From Eledone cirrhosa (taxonomy: Eukaryota): a stretch of DNA of 64,000 nucleotides. The number at the start of each line of letters is the position of its first letter. Positions within the stretch are counted from its first letter, which is position 1. The DNA lies in NCBI GenBank assembly GCA_964016885.1, contig OZ024741.1:103726001-103790000 (forward strand), given 5' to 3'. The position numbers and the translations under genes are program-made. Under the pieces are notes generated by a model. That model was not told where the DNA came from, made no database searches, and was given only the letters and a program-made list of their open reading frames with translations. Positions 14,971 through 29,410 of the stretch are shown here, in pieces.

Positions 14971-15714
14971 GTGTTGAGAATAAACGCAGCTGTTTGTTTA
15001 ATAAGTACGCTTTGAAATTACGTAGTTGTATGTTCGACTCTACTGTGTAACGCCATGGGTGAGTGTCTTCTATAACAGCTTCGACCAAATATTTGGGAAT
15101 GGATTTTTTTTACAGAAACTATGTGAAAGCCCCTTCCTCCATCAGAGGAATTAATCATGTTTTTAGGTGATACACGGGGTAGTAGTTTCAATACCACCAC
15201 CCGGGCCTTGGGTGCCATTAGCACAGTCCACTTTGTTGCAAGCATTTGGACCCGATCTCTGATCAAAGGATCGGTTCTTCTCTTTCTTCCACCAGCCTTA
15301 ATGGCCCTACAAAGTGTTGCGGGCTCTACCTTTCTTTTTATGAATAAACCTTTTAACAACAGACAACAACAACCGCACTGCCCTGTGCAATCTATTGAAA
15401 CCTAAAATGCAATGTTCAAAATCTTAGATATATATTTCGAATTAGAGTCAAATTACTACGCTGTTAAATTAAAACTAATTCTGGAATTAAATAATTGTAA
15501 AAGAATTTTAATATTAAAATCAGCACGCTGATCGACGCTGTTGCTCGTCTACTTAGCTCAACCACTTCAGGAAGTTGAGAGTTCCGACTAAATGCTATAT
15601 TGAGGTGGCGAATTGGCAAAGCGCCAGATAAAACATTTTGTAGTATTTATTAGGCTTTCTGCGCTTTGATTTCAAATCCCTCCAAAGTCGTAATCAGGCC
15701 CCTTGCTTCATTGG

Positions 15715-15900
15715 AATGAGGTTTTAAGACATCCTTATAACGAAGTTTTTGACGCCCTCTTCGATGTCTTCCATATTTCAGCTGACTATAGAGCATAGCT
15801 TAGAACATTTTAGTGTCCTCCATGCGAATAACATTCCAGTCCAGCATTGCTGCGATGCTAACAAGATGGATTGAACACTAGGCATATTTATGCGCTGCAG
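15715..15900 (-). pseudogene. RTE-clade LINE ORF C-terminal fragment
   Basis: Manual minus-strand translation gives VIRMEDTKMF*AMLYSQLKYGRHRRGRQKLRYKDVLK, a typical RTE/BovB-like C-terminus. Confidence 0.7.
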
Positions 15901-16272
15901 GACCAGCTGGTTGGAGATATGGTAGTGCTAGTAAATATTCATTAGGGATCGCTGTGACATCTCTCTCTCACGTGTAGCTGGACGGTCCCTTTAAATTCTC
16001 TTAGAGTTGTCTGAAATGTATGGCCTTGCACACGCTGATAAACCATGGGCTATTCCGTTTCAGTCAACAACTTCTTGGCGAAACAGATCTCTTTGGATTT
16101 GTACACCGCGTGTGTTATATAGTTATAGAGGTACGTATATACATTTTAATTTATATTTTTAATTATTGTGTGTCTACCCTGCCTTTCATAGGTTATAGAT
16201 TCCATACAGGTGGTTTTTCCCTGTTTTATTGATGGCGCACTATATCACTCTAGTGTGTTACCTTTTCAACAT

Positions 16273-16343
<71 letters not shown>

Positions 16344-16346
<3 letters not shown>

Positions 16347-16700
16347 GTAAGTATGTTTTGAAACAGCGAGCAGTTTGAAATTAGAAAATGGAAGCTTTCA
16401 CCGTATTTTGTTACTAAAGAAATTTTAGCCTGATAGTGGGGTTTATAACCCTCAGAGAAATGGAAGAACATACTTACTTGCCATCATACTTGCTAAGAAT
16501 GTAACTTCTAATTTGAATGGTAGGAGATAGGTGATGTGTTGGTGTAATGGTAGCACAGTGGTCTGGATAACCAAAGATGTGGGTTCGACTCCCATGTACG
16601 TCAACACTCATCTTTTTCCATTTCTCTGAGGGTTCTAAACCCCACTATCAGGCTAAAATTTCTTTAGTAAAAAAAATACGGTGAAAACTTCTATTTTCTA

Positions 16701-16702
<2 letters not shown>
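16344..16702 (+). mobile_element. TA-flanked foldback element containing a tRNA-like head
   Basis: Inverted arms at ~16380-16465 and ~16615-16702 enclose a tRNA-like cloverleaf. Relatives lie at 34664-34944 and 51408-51696. Confidence 0.85.
16533..16603 (+). tRNA. tRNA-like sequence (pseudo-tRNA/SINE head; nominal anticodon GGA)
   Basis: Acceptor GATGTGT/GTACGTC, D arm GTGT-AATGGTA-GCAC, anticodon arm TGGT-CTGGATA-ACCA, T arm GTGGG-TTCGACT-CCCAT. Many G-U pairs are present, so it is probably not a functional tRNA. Confidence 0.6.
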
Positions 16703-16750
<48 letters not shown>

Positions 16751-17777
16751 ATGTGTGTGTGTGAAAATAAGGTAAAGTGATTTAAAGAAAGATCATTTCA
16801 ATACCAGACGAACCGTTATCCATTGTGTTATCTACTGTTGCTTTGAAATTAGGGTAAAATAATTTAAATAAACGTTATTTCAATACCGGACGTACTGTTA
16901 TCCAGAATTTTATGAAACATTATTTCATAGAGATAGAAACAATTTAAAGACACGTTATTTCAATATTGGACATGGTAGACCTGTCAACTCTCCCCATCCG
17001 ACGGAGAGATCTCCAACCCTCTTTAGGGTGGGTGAGAGATGTCTTCTCTTGTGAAAATAGGTATAGCTTACATTATATAAAATCACCCCATTTTGCATCA
17101 GCTCCCCACTTTGGGGCACTTTTTTTCATGGTACTCCCCGTTTGGGATTTTAGAGGTTGGTACGTCTGATGTGGTGTTATCTACTGCCTGGTCTGTAATA
17201 TCATTGTATATATATTACTGTCCTGAATCTGATTGTTTTTATTTTTATTTGGGCTAATTGCTTTGCAAAAAAATGTATTTTTCGTATAAGTACGAAATAT
17301 TTATCCATATGATTATTATGTATACATTAAGAATAAAGTACATTGTCTGAAATATCCTATCTGTAACACAATTTGTAAATAAAACTATATTTGAAAAAAA
17401 CATATAAGGGAAATTTAAAGTACTCTGTTTGAAATAATACTTAAGCTTTACATAAAACGCTGTTTGGTGCTAAATTTTCTTTTAACTATTTTTATTAAAT
17501 ATCATTTAAAGAAATTCGAACTGAAATTAAAAATCCCCCCTCGGGAGTTTGAAATGTTGTTTATTTAAATTTCAACACACGATTCCACATCAAGAATCTG
17601 GCAAAACAAATAAAAGTTCAACTATACTCTATATCTAATATTCGCTTCACAAACACGCGGTTCTGGATTCAGTCTTGCTGAGCAACATCGAGTTGACCAA
17701 TGCCTTGTGAATGGGATTCAGTTAGCGGAAACTGCAAAATCCCGCCGTGTATGTATATATGTGTGTGTGTGTGTGTG

Positions 17778-17887
<110 letters not shown>

Positions 17888-18293
17888 TGGTGGGAGAGTG
17901 AGAGTGTCTATGTTTGTGTTTATGTCTGTGTTTATGTCCCATAAACTAGGGGGCTTGACAAAAACGAGATCGATAAATCGCGGTAGTGCCCCAGCATGAT
18001 CGCAGTCTAAATATTGAAACAGTCAAAGAATAAAGGATAAAAAAAAAGAGAAAACTCGCACCAAATGTCGTTCTAAGTACAAATCTAATTTTACTTCAAA
18101 AGTCTATTTACGTTGATTTCGGTGCGGAATAAAAGAAATTCTTTCTAGAAAGTGTTTGAACTGCAAATCAACAAGCGAGACACAGGTTGTCTAATCTTTA
18201 TGGGTTATATATTTAGATTAGTGAGGGTGGGGGCCTCGCCTGTTGTCTTGCGAGTGTAACATTCTTTGTATAACAAATTCACTGTCAGTCTCA

Positions 18294-18344
<51 letters not shown>

Positions 18345-18744
18345 GCATATATATATATATATATATATATATTTATCTACACATATATATATATATTATA
18401 TATATATATGTTTGTGTGTGTGTATGTATGTATATTATATGCATACACGCATAACCATCCATGTACACACGCACTCACCAACACATACACACACACACAC
18501 ACACACTTCTCTCTTATCCCCGCCCCAACCCCCCACTCTCACTCTCCTGTCCAACAAGATGCCTAAGAATTATATATGTTTTATATTTTCATAAACAACA
18601 GGTTTGCTGCTCTTTAAAGAAGACAAATGTGTGGTGGGGTGCCAACTATTTTATTTATTTATATATTTAATTATTTATTTATAAATTTAGTTTTCATATT
18701 TGTTCTTTATATTTTTTCGAACAACCATCTTTTTATATATTATT

Positions 18745-18888
<144 letters not shown>

Positions 18889-18929
18889 GAATATATATAT
18901 ATATATATTTTTTTTTTATTTTATAGAAG

Positions 18930-18982
18930 GAGCTTCTACAGGACTAGTACTGTTTCGTTCAGATGAAATCTTCAGGAAGCTC
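18930..18982 (-). ncRNA. Type I hammerhead ribozyme (inverted copy)
   Basis: Reverse complement of the 19021 motif. A further partial copy lies at 18985-19023. Confidence 0.85.
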
Positions 18983-19020
18983 TTCAGGACTAGTACTGTT
19001 TCGTTCAGATGAAATCTTCA

Positions 19021-19075
19021 GGAGCTTCCTGAAGATTTCATCTGAACGAAACAGTACTAGTCCTGTAGAAGCTCC
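19021..19075 (+). ncRNA. Type I hammerhead ribozyme
   Basis: GGAGCTTC-CTGAAGA-T-TTC-ATCT-GAA-C-GAAAC-AG-TACTAGTC-CT-GTA-GAAGCTCC. Perfect 8-bp stem I, canonical core and GUA cleavage triplet. Confidence 0.9.
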
Positions 19076-19244
19076 TTCTATAAAATAAAAAAAATTTACT
19101 CTGCCATGTATTGAGTACCTTACTTACTGTGGTAATCCCCGACTCAACCCGGGACCTACGTATATATATATATATATATATTCATTATATATATGTATAT
19201 TATATATATATTCATTGTATAAATATATAAATATATATATTCAT

Positions 19245-19276
<32 letters not shown>

Positions 19277-19283
19277 TTCATTG

Positions 19284-19333
<50 letters not shown>

Positions 19334-19413
19334 CAATGAATATATATATATATACAATGAATATATATATATATATATATATACAATGAATATATATATA
19401 TATATATATACAA

Positions 19414-19453
<40 letters not shown>

Positions 19454-19454
19454 A

Positions 19455-19528
<74 letters not shown>

Positions 19529-19632
19529 AATATATATATATATTCAATATATATATATATATATATTCATTGTATATATATATATATATATACAATGAAT
19601 ATATATATATATTCATTGTATATATATATTGA

Positions 19633-19663
<31 letters not shown>

Positions 19664-19779
19664 GGAACCAGTAAGACCCCATTGGGGTCTTACTGGTTCC
19701 TATTACCCACTCTACTACCTCAAGTATTGAGTACTTTGGTGCGTTATGGTCCACCTGGTTCCTTACCACATTTCCTTCG

Positions 19780-19828
<49 letters not shown>

Positions 19829-19980
19829 TTGTATATATATATATATATATTCATTGTATATATATATATATATATTCATTGTATAAATATATATATATAT
19901 ACATTGTATAAATATATATATATATACATATATATATATATTGTATATATATTGTATATATATATATATATTGTATATAT

Positions 19981-20036
<56 letters not shown>

Positions 20037-20135
20037 TATATATATATATATACAATGAATATATATATATATATAATGAATATATATATTTATATATTTA
20101 TACAATGAATATATATATAATATACATATATATAA

Positions 20136-20173
<38 letters not shown>

Positions 20174-20177
20174 TTAT

Positions 20178-20220
<43 letters not shown>

Positions 20221-20223
20221 CAA

Positions 20224-20269
<46 letters not shown>

Positions 20270-20337
20270 TTGTATATATATGTATATATATATATATATA
20301 TATTCTTTGTATATGGATATATATATATATATATATT

Positions 20338-20379
<42 letters not shown>

Positions 20380-20381
20380 TG

Positions 20382-20420
<39 letters not shown>

Positions 20421-20422
20421 TG

Positions 20423-20453
<31 letters not shown>

Positions 20454-20478
20454 TCATTGTACATATATATATTCATTG

Positions 20479-20515
<37 letters not shown>

Positions 20516-20522
20516 TGTATAA

Positions 20523-20577
<55 letters not shown>

Positions 20578-20604
20578 ATATATATATATATATATATAAT
20601 ATAT

Positions 20605-20693
<89 letters not shown>

Positions 20694-20714
20694 TATATAT
20701 AATATATATAATAT

Positions 20715-20830
<116 letters not shown>

Positions 20831-20919
20831 ATGTATATATATATACAATGAATATATATATATATACATATACAATGAATATATATATATATATACAATG
20901 AATATATATATATATACAA

Positions 20920-20958
<39 letters not shown>

Positions 20959-20977
20959 AATATATATATATATACAA

Positions 20978-21030
<53 letters not shown>

Positions 21031-21076
21031 AATATATATATATATACAATGAATATATATATATATATATATACAA

Positions 21077-21130
<54 letters not shown>

Positions 21131-21371
21131 TTCTATATATATATAAATATATATTCATTGTATATATATATAAGTATTTACACGTACATACATATATGTA
21201 TACAGATGTACAGTAGTATGTATATACATATACATACATGCACACATATATATATGTACGTATGGATTCACCGAACATTTATTATAATGCTTGGTGTGTT
21301 TGTAAACCAAGTGTATTAAGCCGTAGTGTCCAGCAACCATCGTTGCTCGTTTGTTCAACACTGACAAAGGA

Positions 21372-21414
21372 ACGCTGTACTAGTTTCAAGCTTATTAGCT
21401 ATCGTCAGCAACGT
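21372..21414 (-). ncRNA. Minimal type I hammerhead ribozyme
   Basis: ACGTTG-CTGACGA-T-AGCT-AATA-AGCT-T-GAAAC-TA-GTA-CAGCGT, with a palindromic stem III. Confidence 0.9.
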
Positions 21415-21791
21415 ATACCTTCCTGCCAGATTGTTGAACGTATATACTTACCTTATGCATATTAACGGCTGAGTAGCCCAATTTGCATATCGAGTGGGTT
21501 AATCGGCCGGGTGCACCCAAAACGATAAGCGGAAAAAATGAAACGAAATTTCATTTCCCACTCTTAGTACGGCTGTTACTTAAATATAAGTATGTACACG
21601 TACATACATATATGTATACAGACGTACAGTAGTATGTATATGCATATACATACATGCACACATATTTATATGTACGTATGGATTCACCGAACATTTATTA
21701 TAGTGCTCGGTGTGTTTGTAAACAAACATCCCGTATTAAGCCGTAGTGTCCAGCAACCATCGTTGCTCGTTTGTTCAACACTGACAAAGGA

Positions 21792-21834
21792 ACGCTGTAC
21801 TAGTTTCAAGCTTATTAGCTATCGTCAGCAACGT
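21792..21834 (-). ncRNA. Minimal type I hammerhead ribozyme (second unit)
   Basis: Identical to 21372-21414. Confidence 0.9.
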
Positions 21835-22061
21835 ATACCTTCCTGCCAGATTGTTAAAGGTATATACTTACCTTATGCATATTAACGGCTGAGTAGCCCA
21901 ATTTGCATATCGAGTGGGTTAATCGGCCGGGTGCACCGAAAACGATAAACGGAAAAAATGAAACGAAATTTGTACATTCAAAATGAATTGAAACTAGTAC
22001 AGCGTATATATATATACAATGAATATATATATATACAATGAATATATATATATATATACAA

Positions 22062-22112
<51 letters not shown>

Positions 22113-22313
22113 TCATATATATATATATACATTCATATATATATATATATACATTCATATATATATTTATATACATTCATATATATATATACATTCATAT
22201 ATATATATTCATATATACATTCATATATATATATTCATATATATATATATATTCACATATATATTCATATATATATATATTCATTGTATATATACATATA
22301 TATATATACAATG

Positions 22314-22349
<36 letters not shown>

Positions 22350-22354
22350 CAATG

Positions 22355-22386
<32 letters not shown>

Positions 22387-22462
22387 CAATGAATATATAT
22401 ATATATATATACAATGAATATATATATATACAATGAATATATATATAAATATATATATACAA

Positions 22463-22505
<43 letters not shown>

Positions 22506-22522
22506 AATATATATATATACAA

Positions 22523-22583
<61 letters not shown>

Positions 22584-22611
22584 AATATATATATATATAT
22601 ATATACAATGA

Positions 22612-22666
<55 letters not shown>

Positions 22667-22792
22667 CAATGAATATATATATATATATATATACAATGAA
22701 TATATATATATACAATCAATCTATATATATATATATATATACAATGAATCTATATATATATATACAATGAATTTATATATATATATATACAA

Positions 22793-22855
<63 letters not shown>

Positions 22856-22956
22856 AATATATATATATATATATACAATGAATATATATATATATATATA
22901 TACAAGGAATATATATATATATATATACAATGAATATATATATATATATACAATGA

Positions 22957-22988
<32 letters not shown>

Positions 22989-23078
22989 AATATATATATA
23001 TATATACAATGAATATATATATACAATGAATATATATATATATATATATATACAATCAATATATATATATATATACAA

Positions 23079-23124
<46 letters not shown>

Positions 23125-23381
23125 ATATATATATATATATATACAATCAATATATATATATATATACAATCAATATATACAATCAATATATATATATATA
23201 TACAATGAATATATATATATATATATATACAATGAATATATATATATATTCATTGTATATATATATATATATAAACATACATACAACTCACACTCACACA
23301 CACATATATATAATGAATGTGTGTGAGAGAGAGGGGAGGGGAGAAAATATGCAAAGATAAGTCAAACTGTTAACATGAATA

Positions 23382-23427
<46 letters not shown>

Positions 23428-23771
23428 GTACATTTTTATATATATTTTTCTTTAACACAGCTTTTTTTATCATGTGTGTGTGTGTTTATTAATTCGTTTA
23501 TCAAGGTATTTTTTATCTTTATTGCAGAGTAAAACAATTCGGAAAAAGTGTTTAAAAAACATCGCCGAACGACGCAGCAGAAACCGAAAAACAAAACAGC
23601 GAACAATAAAACTATAACAACAATAACAACAACAAGCAACCAGCACCAAAGAAAGAGATCAAAGAGTAGGAGCTAAGAGTTCGGTTCCTGCTATAACGGA
23701 AACTATTGATTCCTGGGGTGGTGTTCATGCAATGTGCAGTGTTGCCCATGTTGTTAGAGTACATGAGGAGG

Positions 23772-23822
<51 letters not shown>

Positions 23823-23919
23823 GAGACAGAGTGGGGGGGGGGGGCTTGATGCTTTTACGACGAGTGCGTAGTCAGTATTCGGTTGGGAAAAAACAAACTT
23901 GTTTTCGCCTCTTTGAAGA

Positions 23920-24012
<93 letters not shown>

Positions 24013-24309
24013 TATATATGTGTGAATGCATATGTTATATGTGTTATAATGTAAATAGTTTATTAAATACGATTGTGCACTATGTGCATGTGTGTGAGTG
24101 TGTGTGAGTGCGTGAATCTATGTACATGTACGTACACAATCATACACAACCACACACATGCACACCATCACATACATTGACACGTACGCACTCACGCATA
24201 CACACTCACAACCCCAGTCGTGAAATATACAAAACAACAAACAAAACGAGAAGAGAAACTACAGACATACACGACTGTAAACAAAACTAAGGAAACGTAA
24301 TATATATAC

Positions 24310-24375
<66 letters not shown>

Positions 24376-24469
24376 TGTTGATGTTTGTGGTTATTGTTTG
24401 TATTATATCTATGATGGCGGTGATTCTATCTTGCTGCTAATGTTGTTGTCGATGATGGTAATGGTGTTA

Positions 24470-24531
<62 letters not shown>

Positions 24532-24769
24532 TGAAAATGTGTGTGTTTATTGAGTGAAGGGTAGAATTGACGAGGTGGTTAACGAAGAGACGAAAGAACC
24601 GGAAGTAAGAAGATAAGAGATGAAAATGAATGGTCGAGAGAAATAAGGTGGGAGGGAGAGAGGGGGAGGGTAGTGGAAGATAGACAAATAATGAAGAGAG
24701 AGGAGCGGTTGTTTAAATCTTCATCAACAAGATTCGTGACATCTAATTTCTTTTAGTATAACAACGAAA

Positions 24770-24772
<3 letters not shown>

Positions 24773-24841
<69 letters not shown>

Positions 24842-24862
24842 AACGAGTGAGCGGAAGGGAGC

Positions 24863-24893
<31 letters not shown>

Positions 24894-25158
24894 AAAGGGG
24901 TGAGTGGAAGAGAGAGTGAGAAAGCGAGAGAGAAAGAGAAAGAAAGAGAGAGAGAGAAGCAAACTGTTAAATGGGAATACATGACTAGACTTAATAAGAG
25001 ATATTAATAAAAGAGAGATGAGGGGGAGCAGCGGGGGAGATAGTGACGGGAGGGAGAGGGATGGAGAGAGTGACATGTAGAGAGAGAGAGGTGAAAAGAA
25101 AGAGAGATGATGAAAGAAAGAGAGAGAGGGGAGAAGGGAGCGAGACAGAGATGAAGAA

Positions 25159-25219
<61 letters not shown>

Positions 25220-25896
25220 CAGAAATGAAGAGGGATAGGGAGAAAGAGACATGTAGAGGAGAGAAAGGGGGACGAAGAGAGAGACATGGGGAGAGAGAGA
25301 GTGTGGAGGAGAGAAAGGGGGACGGAGAGAGAGAGGGAGAAAGAGACATGTAGAGAGAGTGGAGGAGAGAAAGGGGGACGGAGAGAGAGAGGGAGAAAGA
25401 GACATGTAGAGAGAGAGAGTGGAGGAGAGAAAGGGGGACGGAGAGAGAGACATGTAGAGAGAGAGGGAGAAAGAAACATGTAAAATGAGAGTGTGGAGGA
25501 GAGAAAAGGGGACGGAGAGAGAGACATGGAGAGAGAGAGGGAGAAAGAGACATGTAGAAAGAGTGTGGAGGAAAGGGGGACGGAGAGAGAAAAATGGAGA
25601 GAGAGTGGAGGAGAGAAAGGAGGACGGAGAGAGAGACATGGAGAGAGAGAGAGGGAGAAAGAGACATGTAGAGAGAGAGTGGAGGAGAGAAAAGAGGACG
25701 GAGAGAGAGACATGGAGAGAGAGAGGGGGAGAAAGAGACATGTAGAGAGAGAGAGTGGAGGAGAGAAAGGAGGACGGAGAGAGAGACATGATGAGAGAGA
25801 GAGGGAGAAAGAGACATGTAAATGAGAGTGGAGGAGAGAAAGGGGGACGGAGAGAGAGAGAAGGGGAGAGAGAGACAGACATGTAGAGAGAGAGTG

Positions 25897-25950
<54 letters not shown>

Positions 25951-25960
25951 GGAGAGAGTA
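24773..25960. repeat. (GA)n tract and purine-rich minisatellite (GACATGTAGAGAGAGTGGAGGAGAGAAAGGGGGACGG...)
   Basis: About 10 variable-length units at 25240-25900. Confidence 0.9.
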
Positions 25961-25974
25961 TGTATATAAAGTAA

Positions 25975-27060
25975 TATCAACAAACATGAGATCTGTGATA
26001 TATCAACAACAGTAACACCAACAGCAGCAAGATAAGATCACCGCCATCGTAGATACAATACATACAATAACCACAAACATCAACAACAACATCAACATCA
26101 GCAACATTAACAACAGCATCAACAACAGTAACAATAACAAAAACAATATTTACATCATCATCATCAACAACAACAGTAACATCAACAACATTAACAACAA
26201 CATCAACATCAGCAACATTAACAACAACATCAACAACAGAATTAACATTAACAATAAAAACAACACTTACAACAGTAACATCAACAACAACAGTAACAAT
26301 AACAAAAACAATATTTACAACATCATCATCAACAACAACATTAACATCAACAACATTAACAACAACAACAGTAACACCAACAACAACAACATTAACAGCA
26401 GCAACATCAACAACAACACCAACAACAACATTAACAATACCAACAACCTCACAACATTAACAACATCAACAACTCCACAACAACATTAACAACAGCAACA
26501 ACAAAAACATCAACAACAACAACAACAACAATAGTAATAAATACAACAATAACAACAACAATAACAACAGCATTAGCAACATTATCAACACCAACAACAA
26601 CGACAAAACCATTAGCAACATCACAACATCAATAACATCAACAACAACAACAATAGCAATAAAGACAACAGCAATAACAACAGCAATAACATCATCATTA
26701 ACAACAGCAACGTCATCAACAACATTAACAGCAACGTCATCAACAACATTAACAGCAACGTCATCAACAACACCATTAACAGCAACGTCATCAACAACAT
26801 TAACAGCAACGTCATCAACAACATTAACAGCAACGTCATCAGCAACACCATTAACAGCAACGTCATCAACAACATTAACAACAGCAACGTCATCAACAAC
26901 ACCATTAACAGCAACGTCATCAACAACACCATTAATACAACGTCATCAACAACATCAACAACATCAACATCAACAACAATAACAACAACGGTAACAAAAT
27001 CATCAACAACAACAGCATTATCACAGCAATATCAAACAGACAACAATAACATCAACATCA
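25975..27060. repeat. Complex (AAC)n-derived repeat with higher-order ~24-27-bp units
   Basis: AACAGCAACGTCATCAACAACATT recurs at 26700-26950. Confidence 0.9.
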
Positions 27061-27129
27061 TGCACATACATAACAGCAAGATAAAATCACCACCGATACA
27101 AGACAGACAAATAGGCAGCAATGCTATGG

Positions 27130-27510
27130 CCTCAGGGTTCAAATCCCGCCAAGATTAGCCTTGCCTTTCATCGTTACGGGGTCGATAAAATAAAATACCA
27201 GTAACGCACTGGGGTCGATTTAATCGACTTTCCTCTCCGTCCCAAATTATTGGTCTTGTGCCTAAATCAGAAACCGTTATATCTCATAATAATTGTTTCA
27301 ACTTTAGGCACAATGCCAGCAATTTGGGGGGAAGGAAAAGTCGATTAAATCGACCCCAGTACATTACTGGTGCTTAATTTTATCGACCCCGTAAGGATGA
27401 AAGGCAAAGCTAACCTTGGCGGGATTTGAACTCAGATCGTAAAGGAGCGTAACCCTATGCCATAAAGCATATTATCCGACGCTCTACCGATACTGCCAGT
27501 CTACCGCCCT
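27130..27510. mobile_element. Tail-to-tail inverted pair of family A tRNA-derived SINEs
   Basis: A plus copy at 27130-27280 (GGTTCAAATCCC, GCCTTTCATCGTTACGGGGTCGATAAAATAAAATACCAG) and a minus copy at 27293-27510. Confidence 0.8.
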
Positions 27511-27550
27511 GTTATATATCTTAATAAAATATGTCCATATACAAAATGAA

Positions 27551-27600
<50 letters not shown>

Positions 27601-27604
<4 letters not shown>

Positions 27605-27725
27605 GGGTTCAATTGGGGGTAACCACAGTAAGAAAGGTACTCAATACATTAGTAGAGTGTAAGCAACAAATTTAATATAGAAATGGCTTCTACGGGACTA
27701 GAACTGTTTCATTCGAAGGAAATTA
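27601..27725 (-). mobile_element. 5'-truncated member of the 19021 hammerhead family
   Basis: Retains the HHR 3' half (GAAACAGTTCTAGTCCCGTAGAAGCC) and the tail TGTATTGAGTACCT..CTTACTGTGGT..AACCCGGGA. Confidence 0.75.
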
Positions 27726-28849
27726 TAATAATAAAATACATGGACCAAGTAACAACCACTTTGTGCAAGATGTGCCTTGTAATTTCAGTATGAATCTCTG
27801 CTTTGATATCTTCCTCGCTACCCCCCCCCCCCTCCTCTCACTCACAGGTGGTCAATGATTAAACACCACCTATCTATAGCTAACTACCTATGTATTTATT
27901 TATCTATCTTCGGAAAATCAAAACAACAATATCTATCTGCCTGTCTGTTTATCGATTTGTCCACCTATCCATCTGTCTGTTTTGTTGAGATATCTGTCTA
28001 TCTACATACCTATCCATATATTTATCTATCTATTTTTCTATCTATCAAAGTAATTATCTATCTACCTACCTATCCATATATTTATCTGCCAATCTATCTG
28101 TCTATCTATCTACCTATGTACCTATTCATCTAACTACGTACTTGTCTATAGCTATTTATTCATCTATGTATATTTACCAATGTATGTATCTTTGGATTAG
28201 AACAACAAAAAACTACAAGGCACGAATCCCAATAACAGTAGTGAGACAGATAGATACATTGGTAAAACAAAGTAATCATAATTTAATGGATATATGTTTG
28301 TGATAATGATTATAGAAAATATGAGGGATGAGGGAGGGGGGGATAATTGTAATTGATTTAAATGAATGTAAAATTAAATACGGCGATGGACGGAGTAATG
28401 AGAAAATATACGAAATCTCGAGGATTCAAGCAATCTTTACATAGAATGTTGAAATCAAGGAAGTATTTTGAAAAATATTTTTTCGTTATAAAACCCGTCA
28501 TTTTTTATGGGTACCATACTAATATGTATTGTGTGTGTGGGGGGGGGCTGTGTGTGTGTTTACATCTCTGCGCGATTTGTAAACCTTGTAACATGTTTTA
28601 TATTAATGTATGTAGCAATTGAAGTTAAAAATTGTCATTCTTCTTCTTCTTCTTCTTCTTCTTCTTCTTCTTCTTCTTCTTGTAATGCAAGTTTAAACTG
28701 AATGAAGAGGAGGTTTATGTAATATATTGGGGAGGGGGTCGGATGTGAGTAATTCGATTGAAAGGTCATGTCTGTGACATTTGTACCCAAAACTTGAAAG
28801 ACTTCGTTATCAGCACCCTCTAAAAAGGGGAGTCTACCCACATGTATAG

Positions 28850-28913
<64 letters not shown>

Positions 28914-29054
28914 GTATGTGTGTGCGTAGGCATGTGTGCATAGGTATGAATGTATGCGTGTGTATGTAAGCATGTACCTATATGTGTAAAGGTTTATTAA
29001 AGAGAATATGAGAGTGTACCGTCTGTTTTCTGTCTTTCTTAATTATACGTGTGG

Positions 29055-29410
29055 TCGTGGCATGGCTGAATGGTGAAGAAACCCGCTTCGCAATCATTAG
29101 GTCCCTGGTTCAAATTCATTGCCTGGCATGTTGAGAAGGTGTAATTTACCATATTGTTGGGTTGACTCAAGCCTTGTCAGTAAAATTGGGTAAACCGAAA
29201 CTGTTTGGACACCCGTCGGATGGACTGTACCAGTAATTCAAAGTGGTAGTGATGTCATACACTTGTCACGATAAAAAAAAACCCTGACAATTACGATAAG
29301 GGTATGTGTGTCTATAGAATGCTCAACAACTTGCGCGTTAATTTCACGAGCGGGTTGCTCCATTGATCGAACAATTGAACGCCCGTTGTCGAAACCGACG
29401 GAGATTCATT
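29055..29410 (+). mobile_element. tRNA-derived SINE (family C)
   Basis: TGGCTGAATGG A box and GGTTCAAATTC B box. The body matches 14615-14970. Confidence 0.65.

Larger units (their letters stand above)
21171..22005 (-). mobile_element. Tandem of two ~420-bp hammerhead-containing units (retrozyme/pLTR-like)
   Basis: Lines 21361 and 21781 are identical, giving a period of 420. There is one HHR per unit, and an inverted HHR 3' half (TGAAACTAGTACAGCGT) at ~21989-22005. Confidence 0.85.

Noticed and set aside
15018-15405. Non-repetitive short ORFs here and at 33181-33510 and 61823-62135 as host exons
   Set aside because: No recognisable domain or supportable splice structure.
16425-16465. CTGATAG..hairpin..GAGAAA in the tRNA-headed family as a hammerhead
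   Set aside because: The core is not CUGANGA and no stem I or stem III pairing was found.
16533-16603. Functional tRNA-Ser(GGA) gene
   Set aside because: It lacks the long variable arm, has many G-U pairs, and is embedded in a repeated mobile element.
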